From IMG/VR virus record IMGVR_UViG_3300010392_000224: a stretch of DNA of 48,061 bases; one strand, written 5' to 3'. The notes beneath the pieces were generated by a model. That model saw nothing but the letters and a program-made list of their open reading frames with translations. It made no database searches and was not told the origin of the DNA. The first letter of the stretch is position 1; each line of letters opens with the position of its first letter. This document shows positions 7,696-15,275 of the stretch, in pieces. Source of the DNA: a virus. The translations under genes and the position numbers were made by a program.

Positions 7696-7962
7696 TTACT
7701 TTTCCTTTACGTCAGGTAGTTTTTCTAATGTCTCTACCAACGTACTCACTGGTACTTTAATAGAATCATTAATGTTTTTGTGGTTCATGCGGCACAGTGT
7801 TGCTACGTATGGAGGAGTTCCATCCGATATTGGTTTCATAAACGCTATCCACACATCACCGTCAATCTTGTTGTAGAATCTAAGCCCTTTGTTAAGGGCT
7901 ATTCTTCTGACCTTCTTGGCAAGTGATGCACTGTAGTGGCAGCGTATGCCACGCGCCGTCAT
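7696..7962 (-). CDS. Hypothetical protein (88 aa)
   Basis: Tightly packed between 7959..8510 (ATGA overlap) and the GGCT gene. No motif. Confidence 0.6.
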   Translation of the reverse strand: MTARGIRCHYSASLAKKVRRIALNKGLRFYNKIDGDVWIAFMKPISDGTPPYVATLCRMNHKNINDSIKVPVSTLVETLEKLPDVKEK

Positions 7963-8510
7963 GCCGCAGAGGCAGCACGTACGGCTGCATCAAGAGCAGC
8001 TAAGATTTCTTCAACGTTGGCATCCTGCTTCTTAACTCGCTTGTCGTCGCTGAAGTCAGGCTTCTTCCACTCACGGGCAGCAACCTTTCCATTCTTATCT
8101 TCATCAGCAGCCCAGATATTGTAGCTGAACGAGGCAACCAAGTTACCTGAGTTCTTGTTCTTGGCTACAGGACCCCGTGTGAATCCAAAGAACTCACAGA
8201 AATCTTCCAAGCTAATATCACCAGCATCTTTACCCTGCTTCCACTGAGAGGAACCGCGCTTAAGGTCTGCCCACTCACCATAGTTAAGGACACAGTCTGC
8301 CACCACTACGATGCCGGGGATCTGTGGTGCCATCTCCATAATGAAGTGAGTGTACATCTTGTGCTTCTGTTCGAGAGTCAGCTCATTGATAACTCCGTCT
8401 GGTCCATCGACGCGGAACCCATGCAGGATTCGTGCGCCGCAGCAATGAGGGAATGAATCAATGTTTGCTGTCATTGTTACACCATAGTGTGTTACTGTTA
8501 CTGTGCTCAT
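7959..8510 (-). CDS. Hypothetical protein (183 aa) with shared C-terminal helix DANVEEILAALDAAVRAASA
   Basis: The preferred start is the ATG at 8510 (MSTVTVTHYGV), preceded by GGAG 7 nt upstream; the track's longer form starts at 8588. It contains FPHCCGARILHGF. Its last 20 aa are encoded by the 59-nt repeat. Confidence 0.7.
   Translation of the reverse strand: MSTVTVTHYGVTMTANIDSFPHCCGARILHGFRVDGPDGVINELTLEQKHKMYTHFIMEMAPQIPGIVVVADCVLNYGEWADLKRGSSQWKQGKDAGDISLEDFCEFFGFTRGPVAKNKNSGNLVASFSYNIWAADEDKNGKVAAREWKKPDFSDDKRVKKQDANVEEILAALDAAVRAASAA
7966..8024. repeat. 59-nt perfect direct repeat, copy 1 (identical to 11510-11568)
   Basis: Exact nucleotide identity by direct comparison. Flanking bases differ on both sides. 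Confidence 0.97.
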
Positions 8511-8526
8511 TTGTTTTCTCCGGGGG

Positions 8527-8817
8527 TCATTGTATCTGTAAACATTTTTTAAATGTTCGTATGTTAATTTTTGGGATGCCGTGCACAACGCTAAAGGCGT
8601 CGGCGTTATCTTGGGTAAGTCTTGAAATTCCTAAACTGTGTGTGCCCACAACCACGTGGATATAGACAGGTACGCTGCTCAGAAATCTATGGTTGGCTCG
8701 TAGGGGGTAACTTAATCCGCCAATAGATGTGGATTGTTTAAGGCTTGCTAATCTTTCCACTATCATTAGGAACTCTTGGTGGGTTACCGTTGTCGTTCTT
8801 ACCATGAAAGATCTCAT
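8527..8817 (-). CDS. Hypothetical protein (96 aa)
   Basis: Its start overlaps the ATP-grasp stop (ATGA) and it fills the gap to the next gene. It contains an AT hairpin near its 3' end. No motif. Confidence 0.45.
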   Translation of the reverse strand: MRSFMVRTTTVTHQEFLMIVERLASLKQSTSIGGLSYPLRANHRFLSSVPVYIHVVVGTHSLGISRLTQDNADAFSVVHGIPKINIRTFKKCLQIQ

Positions 8818-9566
8818 GCGCTAAGATACTCCCGAAATGCAGCTGCATAATTGTCAAGCGTAGTACCCACTAACCCCGGAGCTGTATTAACTTCCAGCAC
8901 GTAGTAGGTATCACTGTGTTGATTGTAGATCAGGTCAACAGCACCGAAGTCAAGACCTAGTGCACCAACTGCATCAACTGCCAGCCGAGTGGCATCAGCA
9001 GGAAGGGAAACATTTTCACGACCAAACACAAAACCATTAGCATGATTACGTACCTGCCAATTAACACTCTCATCAGGTACCTCATGGCTGCGCATCTTGC
9101 GTTGTATATCAAAGGCACGATCACCAAGTACATGTACTCGGTACTCCTCCTGCTTCTTGACATACTTCACATAGAGCGGGGCATTAACGAGTGGGTTCTC
9201 GCTGTCACTTATGACAATACCACGGCCCTCTGATGCTTTGGTTAATGTACGGCACACAACCACTTGGCCCTCACTGAGCCACCGTTGCGCCTCCTCACGG
9301 GACGTTGTAAAAACTGGTATGGTTACATTACCCTCCAGTATATTAAACGCACGTAGCTTGTCTGACGCTACTGCTACTGCATCTGGTCTGTTCAGTACGT
9401 GCGGTGTTGTGTCAGTATAGTCCTGACTGCCCCAGTTTATGACAATGTCAGCTGATCGTGGTCGCCAGCGACTACCTCGCCGCTTAAGTACACGGCAGTT
9501 TAATGCTGCTGCTAGTGATACAGCAGAGCGAGACCCCTGCTTATAGGGGTATATCTTAGTCGACAT
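8814..9566 (-). CDS. ATP-grasp family ligase (RimK-like fold)
   Basis: 250 aa with the motifs CRTLTKASEGRGIVI, EEYRVHVLGDR, QVRNHANGF and the C-terminal DTYYVLEVNTAPGL, which are typical of ATP-grasp carboxylate-amine ligases. Confidence 0.85.
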   Translation of the reverse strand: MSTKIYPYKQGSRSAVSLAAALNCRVLKRRGSRWRPRSADIVINWGSQDYTDTTPHVLNRPDAVAVASDKLRAFNILEGNVTIPVFTTSREEAQRWLSEGQVVVCRTLTKASEGRGIVISDSENPLVNAPLYVKYVKKQEEYRVHVLGDRAFDIQRKMRSHEVPDESVNWQVRNHANGFVFGRENVSLPADATRLAVDAVGALGLDFGAVDLIYNQHSDTYYVLEVNTAPGLVGTTLDNYAAAFREYLSA

Positions 9567-9816
9567 GTAGTGCCTCCTTCATTTGTTCAACAGTTACTTG
9601 TTTAATGCTACCGTTGCCGGGGTTCCAGTTAACAGACCCTGCCGCAATACCAGAACTGTGTGGCGATAGTAGAGGATTCCGTACATAAAAGTACTTGTGG
9701 CTCTGCGCAAGAGAACCAACAGCGCGAGAACCATATAACCTCTCAGCAGCTATGCGTAGTTGTCTTAATTCAGGCATAGAAACAGGTCCACAAAATATGT
9801 AGTCAATGCTAGACAC
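9556..9816 (-). CDS. Hypothetical protein (86 aa)
   Basis: Overlaps both neighbours by 8-11 nt (coupled). No motif. Confidence 0.6.
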   Translation of the reverse strand: MSSIDYIFCGPVSMPELRQLRIAAERLYGSRAVGSLAQSHKYFYVRNPLLSPHSSGIAAGSVNWNPGNGSIKQVTVEQMKEALHVD

Positions 9817-10081
9817 GCAACACCTCCAATAATTTTTCTAGTGGTACCTCAATATAACGACCAGTGCTAAGTACGTGTTCCATAACTGGGGTGCTGGTTA
9901 TACAAAAGCACGAATAATAACCAACCGTCTTGGACAGTCGTATAGCAAAACCAATAACACCATGACTTATTTTTGGATTGATATGGTGTTGTGGTATTAT
10001 CTTTCTTGCCCCATTCATCAGCCTGCGTGCAACATCCAAGTCCGTTACACGGCACACGAGGTAGGGATTCTCAATAGCCAT
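9809..10081 (-). CDS. Hypothetical protein (90 aa)
   Basis: Overlaps the GATase stop region by 11 nt. No motif. Confidence 0.6.
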   Translation of the reverse strand: MAIENPYLVCRVTDLDVARRLMNGARKIIPQHHINPKISHGVIGFAIRLSKTVGYYSCFCITSTPVMEHVLSTGRYIEVPLEKLLEVLRV

Positions 10082-11465
10082 GTGCTTGGTACCTCTTTAG
10101 TTCTTTGAGACAGCTACCAGTCACATGCACATACTCGCCAGAGTCGTGTATCTGTACGTCTTTCAGTTCGTCCAGTGTGAATGGATCGCCGCACCAACAA
10201 CACCCACGAGAAGCTATCTTAAGAGCCAATGAAAGCTCAACCTCAACACCAGCAACCACAGCAGTATCCTCACTGCCGTCGTCATCAGTGCTTGGTTGCT
10301 TCCCTGATTGATCTGTGGAGGATGTCGACGACGTTGTCTGCTTTTTTTCTGGTATGATCACCACGTTACCTTTAGCGTCACGAACAAGAGATGCCATAGC
10401 ATAGTCATCTGCATTCTTTACACTAGTAGGTGTCACGTTCAGGGCGTAGGTGTTGGTGCCCTGTTTCTTTTTCTTACTGAACACTGTAGTAACACCGGTA
10501 ACCTCACCAGAATAGATTTCATCTAGGTCAAGCCGTCCTTTGGAATCAAACTTCAGACTGCTCTTGTGGATGTTATATACAATAACATCATCAGAACCAT
10601 CCCACAGTAAGCCCCACAAAGTACCACGCCCAGTAGTCTGTCCAGAATACTCGATGAACTCAGTAGCCTGAAAGTATATCTCTTCGCTTGGTTTAAACCC
10701 AAGGTCACTAAGACCGGGGAGAGTAGGATTTGCTTTAGTGCTGCGCCCACTCTGTTGATAAGTGGGCACATAGGGAGTGAACTGTCGGCTGGAGTGTGAG
10801 TCCTTGGTGAGCTTAGGTTGTGCCAAGCTTACGGTAAACAAGATACCTTCACGCAGATCAACAACCTTCTCTGGTTCAATGCCGTTACGAGCACACACCA
10901 AATCAATCATCTCACGCTCAGATGCCCACATAATAGAGTCACCACACCAAGCAATGGACAATGTACGCTTGTCGTTGCGTGCAAAGTTTATTGTCTGGTG
11001 CTCGGCGTCATACCATACCAAGGCATAAGATCCATGCAACTGTTCGAGCAGCGCAATGGGATCATCAACGATGGACATCTCATGTGCAATGTTCTCACTA
11101 TCTACGGTAAAGTTACCGGAAGATGAGAGACCACGACGAGACAGCAGTGTGCCGTTGTGTGTCAGGGTTATGTGGTTGTGAGTGAATGGGTGTGCATACA
11201 TATCAATGTGTGCACCGGACGTGGCGTGTCGATTATGCCCGATGATTGCACGGTTTGTGAGTGAGTACAGCCCAGTAGGCTGTGCTAATTGTAGAAAGTC
11301 AGCAGCATTGACTGCTCGCTTATATGTTGATACTAAGCCAGTGTTTGACACTGCACTTACACCAGTACTGTGTGCTCCACGTAACTGGTCAATGAAAAGA
11401 AGCTGCTGAAAAGCATCAACATGCTTCTTGTATAGATTACCGGCAACGCCTACCAATCCGCACAT
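10071..11465 (-). CDS. Class II (Ntn) glutamine amidotransferase domain protein with long C-terminal extension
   Basis: It starts MCGLVG, with the nucleophile Cys directly after Met, then GHNRHATSG and LTHNGTL. The last ~230 aa are not GATase-like: a beta-rich region, a Ser/Thr/Asp linker (TTSSTSSTDQSGKQPSTDDDGSED) and a Cys/His cluster (CCWCGD...H...GSC). Confidence 0.85.
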   Translation of the reverse strand: MCGLVGVAGNLYKKHVDAFQQLLFIDQLRGAHSTGVSAVSNTGLVSTYKRAVNAADFLQLAQPTGLYSLTNRAIIGHNRHATSGAHIDMYAHPFTHNHITLTHNGTLLSRRGLSSSGNFTVDSENIAHEMSIVDDPIALLEQLHGSYALVWYDAEHQTINFARNDKRTLSIAWCGDSIMWASEREMIDLVCARNGIEPEKVVDLREGILFTVSLAQPKLTKDSHSSRQFTPYVPTYQQSGRSTKANPTLPGLSDLGFKPSEEIYFQATEFIEYSGQTTGRGTLWGLLWDGSDDVIVYNIHKSSLKFDSKGRLDLDEIYSGEVTGVTTVFSKKKKQGTNTYALNVTPTSVKNADDYAMASLVRDAKGNVVIIPEKKQTTSSTSSTDQSGKQPSTDDDGSEDTAVVAGVEVELSLALKIASRGCCWCGDPFTLDELKDVQIHDSGEYVHVTGSCLKELKRYQAHGY

Positions 11466-11469
11466 CTAT

Positions 11470-12435
11470 TTATCCTCGCTCCGTTGGGGTGGCTACTGCT
11501 ATATTCTCAGCAGAGGCAGCACGTACGGCTGCATCAAGAGCAGCTAAGATTTCTTCAACGTTGGCATCGCCAGCAGTACTAGGGCCAGCGTATTTAGGAT
11601 TACGCTTAGGTTTAAACTCTTCGTTAACCATGAGGTCAATCGCATTGAGCAGGTTGTTCTGGTAGTACTCAAAGTACACACCATCCTCAAGGAGCTGACG
11701 AGAGTATGAACCAAACACACGGGTAATGTACTCTTCTGGACCAGTACGGATGTGCTTGAGTACAGTAGATGGAGACTTAACGGTAGCCGCGTAGTCAACC
11801 AACAGCAACAGGATACTCACCCATCGCATGATACGTGGTACCTCAAGGGTGCCCTCATGTGCACGGAACTCTACACTGCCACGCTCTTGTACTGAGTGCA
11901 GGTTAATGCCTGTGTACTTCTGCCACCGGCGAATAGCATGTCGAACATTATCTGAGTTACCATGTACAACGCTACGCATCAAAGACATTTGTTCTAATGC
12001 AGCTGTTACACCGGGGCAATAGATGTTATCGTAACGATCCTTACCGCCCTGCATATACAGAGCAGCCTCACTACCAACGTATGCCAGAAGCAGGGCTGCT
12101 AACTGTGTGGTAGAGAAGTCACGTACATCTACATGAACATGCAATGAGCAGCGCTCGCTGACGTTACAGTCAGGAGCAGCACGTAAGATACCAGTCAGTT
12201 GTTGCAGTGAGTCTCGCAGATCAGCACCGCCAAGGGGTTGTCGCAGTACCAACTCAACGCCGTTGTTGCGCAGAGAAGAGTCACCCTTGACTGCCCAATA
12301 CTTACTGTCACGTATCTGTTGTGCATTCTCTACCTCTACCTCAATACCTACGAGGCGTGTGGTTGGAATAGATACATGTGCACGGGTCTCACGAATGTCA
12401 GGGGTCAGCCCCTCGAATAAATTATGCAGCTGCAT
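11470..12435 (-). CDS. Putative amidoligase (Amidoligase_2-like, GS/GCS-type fold)
   Basis: 321 aa with RLVGIEVEVE near the N-terminus, SLHVHVD and GSVEFRAHEGT. The C-terminus carries the shared helix DANVEEILAALDAAVRAASA followed by ENIAVATPTERG. Confidence 0.75.
   Translation of the reverse strand: MQLHNLFEGLTPDIRETRAHVSIPTTRLVGIEVEVENAQQIRDSKYWAVKGDSSLRNNGVELVLRQPLGGADLRDSLQQLTGILRAAPDCNVSERCSLHVHVDVRDFSTTQLAALLLAYVGSEAALYMQGGKDRYDNIYCPGVTAALEQMSLMRSVVHGNSDNVRHAIRRWQKYTGINLHSVQERGSVEFRAHEGTLEVPRIMRWVSILLLLVDYAATVKSPSTVLKHIRTGPEEYITRVFGSYSRQLLEDGVYFEYYQNNLLNAIDLMVNEEFKPKRNPKYAGPSTAGDANVEEILAALDAAVRAASAENIAVATPTERG
11510..11568. repeat. 59-nt perfect direct repeat, copy 2 (identical to 7966-8024)
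   Basis: Exact nucleotide identity by direct comparison. Confidence 0.97.
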
Positions 12436-12997
12436 TTAAGATTTCCTTTGTGAAGGCGTCAGAGATCAGGCCGTTTGTAATTACTGGTTCACCATTAACA
12501 ATCTCTCCAACAATACGAGATCGTAGCATGATGCATGGGTTCTCATACTCACCGGTATGATTGATCCAGAAGTTGCGAGACAGGGCACAGCTTGTATTAG
12601 GCTTGCTTGTGGCAGCCAGCGCTTCGGCGTACGAATAATACGTTGGGTTATACATAGCCATGACTACGTCATAGCCAAACCGAACACCGCCCTGTAAGTT
12701 AAGGTACTTATCAACAATGCCACGACGCCACTGGCGAGCGGGCATACGACCGGCATAGAATGCTTTGTCTTTCTTAACACTGTATACCCCGGATGCAGGG
12801 AACTCATACACAATGGTTGGGTCATTGATACTGAGTGTAGTAGTCTCTTCTCCGTTACCAACAGTAACAACGAATCGATTACTACTACGCCCCTCATGTA
12901 CCAGCATAGGTACAATCTTATCACCAACACGCTTGCCTAAGTAGCAACGTGCATAAGTACGTGTGATGTCTTCACTACTCATGTTCAGTTGTTTCAT
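12422..12997 (-). CDS. Hypothetical protein (191 aa)
   Basis: A well-packed ORF whose stop overlaps the amidoligase start region by 14 nt. No motif recognised. Confidence 0.7.
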   Translation of the reverse strand: MKQLNMSSEDITRTYARCYLGKRVGDKIVPMLVHEGRSSNRFVVTVGNGEETTTLSINDPTIVYEFPASGVYSVKKDKAFYAGRMPARQWRRGIVDKYLNLQGGVRFGYDVVMAMYNPTYYSYAEALAATSKPNTSCALSRNFWINHTGEYENPCIMLRSRIVGEIVNGEPVITNGLISDAFTKEILNAAA

Positions 12998-13000
12998 TCG

Positions 13001-13294
13001 TTAGTTTCTCCGCTGCATTAAATTATGACGAAAGAGTTTGAATATACCATGCCAGTAGCCGTCGCCCTGTTGAGAGTTCGCCCATGAGAATCCTCCGGCG
13101 ACGGTGTTGCCATGCATATCTGGCTTAGGGCTCGTGTCCAACTGGTGTATATACCTGATTGGGTCCTTGGCCTGCTTAACCCAAACTTCCTTAGCACCGC
13201 ACTCTTCCAGAGTCTTGATAAAGATCAGTGCACAGGGCCCGAGCGTTACCTTTAGTTCACTTGCCATTGTATACACCCACAACAGTGGTGTCAA
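13001..13294 (-). CDS. Hypothetical protein, distant member of the FxW..G..YW small-protein family
   Basis: The C-terminal GFSWANSQQGDGYWHGIF resembles the motif of the four tandem paralogs at 16357-17624. The start is possibly at 13267 (MASELKV). Confidence 0.55.
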   Translation of the reverse strand: MTPLLWVYTMASELKVTLGPCALIFIKTLEECGAKEVWVKQAKDPIRYIHQLDTSPKPDMHGNTVAGGFSWANSQQGDGYWHGIFKLFRHNLMQRRN

Positions 13295-13487
13295 ACTTTG
13301 GTACGAACTGCACGTTGTTCAAGTACATGCCGCGATCAACAATAACGTCTACTGTGAATGGCAGTGGTCTTCCTGCCATGTGCCTTAGACTCTTATTAAC
13401 GTGCTCACTGAACATTAAAGTGCGCAGCTTCTGTACCAGTTTGGTACGTGCGTCCTCCTTTCTAACTGTTACTACGTAACGTTTCAT
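13257..13487 (-). CDS. Hypothetical protein (76 aa)
   Basis: Starts 1 nt after the stop of the ligase gene. No motif. Confidence 0.6.
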   Translation of the reverse strand: MKRYVVTVRKEDARTKLVQKLRTLMFSEHVNKSLRHMAGRPLPFTVDVIVDRGMYLNNVQFVPKFDTTVVGVYNGK

Positions 13488-13488
13488 G

Positions 13489-14241
13489 TTATGGCATCTC
13501 CAGATTTAATTCACGGATAAGTTTCTTAGCACCACCAACATCAGATGTGTTAATGATACGAATGATTTCTTCCGGGTTGTAGTGAATGGCGTTAGTCACC
13601 GCATCTTTAGCACGATTGAACACCCACTCCATGAGGTCAGCATGGTTAAGCCAGAAGTTTGACAACGAGCGGTACTCTACACCGTAAGGTTTATTACGAT
13701 AGGCACCCGCTGCGCCATACTGAGCACGTCGCTGTGTGTCAGAGTCCATAACTACTGACGGAATACCAAGAGTAATATCCATTGTGCGGATAATCTCCCG
13801 ATTCTTTTCTACGGAACCCGCATCATATCCCACATGTACGTGGCCACCGGCTGTGCGCAGTTCCGTCAATGGTGACGGGGCGTTGTTCTGCTCACCGGTG
13901 TATGCGTTGAAGTCGGGATCACACCCAAACATCAGAGCCTGTCGACCAGATCGAATCAGCTCTTGCTTAGTGAAGCGATGACTAGCACAGATGTGCAGGT
14001 CTAGTGGTGCTACCTTAGTTCGTAGCTGATGCATCACGGTGGTGATGTTGGAAATAAATTCACGGCTGGTGCGTGCTGGCTCAATGTTAAACTCAGCGAG
14101 AACGTTGTCCTCTTGCAGCGCACCACACGCTACTGGGATGGGAGCAGTCTTCGTACCACCAACGTGACCAATGGCAGATACGATTGTACCGTGAGGGTCA
14201 ATCAGGAATACTTCTGGGTCTGTACCAATTAAAATGTTCAA
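13489..14241 (-). CDS. phiEco32-type COOH-NH2 ligase (type 2) family protein
   Basis: 250 aa. It begins MNILIGTDPEVFLIDPHG, followed by EDNVLAEFNIEP, GGHVHVGY and YGVEYRSLSNFW. As I recall it, this is the signature of the phage COOH.NH2 ligase-type 2 family. Confidence 0.7.
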   Translation of the reverse strand: MNILIGTDPEVFLIDPHGTIVSAIGHVGGTKTAPIPVACGALQEDNVLAEFNIEPARTSREFISNITTVMHQLRTKVAPLDLHICASHRFTKQELIRSGRQALMFGCDPDFNAYTGEQNNAPSPLTELRTAGGHVHVGYDAGSVEKNREIIRTMDITLGIPSVVMDSDTQRRAQYGAAGAYRNKPYGVEYRSLSNFWLNHADLMEWVFNRAKDAVTNAIHYNPEEIIRIINTSDVGGAKKLIRELNLEMP

Positions 14242-14510
14242 GGGTTATTCTCCTTTGTGTAGGTTACTTGCTTCTTAACTTCACTGGAAATCTGCTCAAC
14301 GAGACGATTGTAGATTACCGGGGCTCGTGTCAGTTCCCATGAGGGTGTTCGACGCTCGTCCTCAGAAAGAAACAATTCTTCTAGGGCATCAGAGACGCCT
14401 CGGTTGATAGACGCATCAAGGGCGCGCTCGGTTATTAAGTCAAGCCCGACCTGTGTAATAACAGTCTCAGTTAGTTCTTCAACTGCTTTCTTAGTTGCTT
14501 TACCAAACAT
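14238..14510 (-). CDS. Hypothetical protein (90 aa)
   Basis: First gene after the AT-rich intergenic region. Its stop overlaps the ligase start (ATGA-type). Confidence 0.65.
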   Translation of the reverse strand: MFGKATKKAVEELTETVITQVGLDLITERALDASINRGVSDALEELFLSEDERRTPSWELTRAPVIYNRLVEQISSEVKKQVTYTKENNP

Positions 14511-14570
14511 GATATATCCTATTTAATATATTTATAGTATATATACATACCAAATAATACTAATGGTAGT

Positions 14571-14598
14571 ACTATATACCACAGCTTGATGATAACAA
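14571..14598 (-). promoter_or_regulatory. Candidate sigma70-type promoter in AT-rich intergenic region (14511-14630)
   Basis: The minus strand reads TTGTTA-N16-TATAGT, overlapping a TGgTATATA extended -10 alternative. It is preceded by a 6-bp hairpin ATGGCA...TGCCAT (14598-14620) just after the upstream gene. Confidence 0.3.
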
Positions 14599-14630
14599 TG
14601 GCACCGATAAACGCTGCCATCAATTTGAGA

Positions 14631-15275
14631 TCAGTCTTTAGACCCTTCACTGTGCTTGCTCCCGTCATTCATGTGAGCATTGACACTAGATACAAACACG
14701 CTGGCTTTGTACAGTACCTTGAGTAATGCAATTAATCCGAAGTAAACTCCCACTAGTATACCAATGTAACCCGCTAGTGGTGCGGCCTTAGTACTCAACC
14801 AACTCACCGAGTACAGTAATGATAACCACGCAGGGTTAGCTACTTCACTAGCAAGCTGACATAGGTAGTTAATACCACCAACTACCACATACACTACCCA
14901 CAATATAACACCTGCGATAGTTGCACCGCCTATCATATCATCATTGACTTTAATCTTGTTGAATAAGATAAGCTCCTGTTTACTTATAACTATCTTCTTG
15001 TAATCATTGTGTAAATTAGGATAGCGCTCCTTGTCCCGAGCATACTCACGTTCTCCTATTTTACGACCTTTATGGTCGAAGTAGTTGTACTCTAGTTCTA
15101 CTCCGTCATATGGCACCCACTTACATATGTAAGACATGAACTTATCTGCTGCCTCAATAGGCATTGCATTACGGGCAGCTTGACGTAAGAACACGCCCAG
15201 TAGATATACACAGGGCAGCGCAAGCGTTACCGTGAATACTGTTACTACAAACCAGAATCCAATTAGATCAATCAT
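14631..15275 (-). CDS. Multi-pass membrane protein, paralog 2
   Basis: The preferred start is MIDLIGFWF at 15275, within the junction AATGATTGA. It has an N-terminal TM segment, a charged middle and C-terminal TM segments. Its tail (NAHMNDGSKH) resembles that of paralog 1 (TNHMSDKEIH). Confidence 0.75.
   Translation of the reverse strand: MIDLIGFWFVVTVFTVTLALPCVYLLGVFLRQAARNAMPIEAADKFMSYICKWVPYDGVELEYNYFDHKGRKIGEREYARDKERYPNLHNDYKKIVISKQELILFNKIKVNDDMIGGATIAGVILWVVYVVVGGINYLCQLASEVANPAWLSLLYSVSWLSTKAAPLAGYIGILVGVYFGLIALLKVLYKASVFVSSVNAHMNDGSKHSEGSKD

Noticed and set aside
8541-8557. AT-rich 7-bp hairpin AACATTT-TTT-AAATGTT as a terminator inside the ligase cluster.
   Set aside because: It lies within the 3' end of a plausible ORF, the stem is all A/T apart from one C-G pair, and no proper U-run follows on the coding strand.
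6777-10081. Possible paralogy of the ~86-101-aa ORFs interleaved with the enzymes (6777, 7696, 9556, 9809), which share endings such as VPVSTLVETLEKL / IEVPLEKLLEVL / VTVEQMKEAL.
   Set aside because: The similarity is limited to a short amphipathic-helix-like pattern and a generic strand-helix start. It cannot be distinguished from chance by eye and needs profile comparison before any claim.
7302-14510. Interpreting the ligase cluster as a known DNA hypermodification pathway (thymidine hypermodification or 7-deazaguanine).
   Set aside because: No dUMP/dCMP hydroxymethylase, thymidylate synthase, 5-hmdU kinase, PLP or radical-SAM enzyme, QueC/D/E or DpdA-like motifs were recognised anywhere in the genome. 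DNA modification therefore remains only one speculative option among several.
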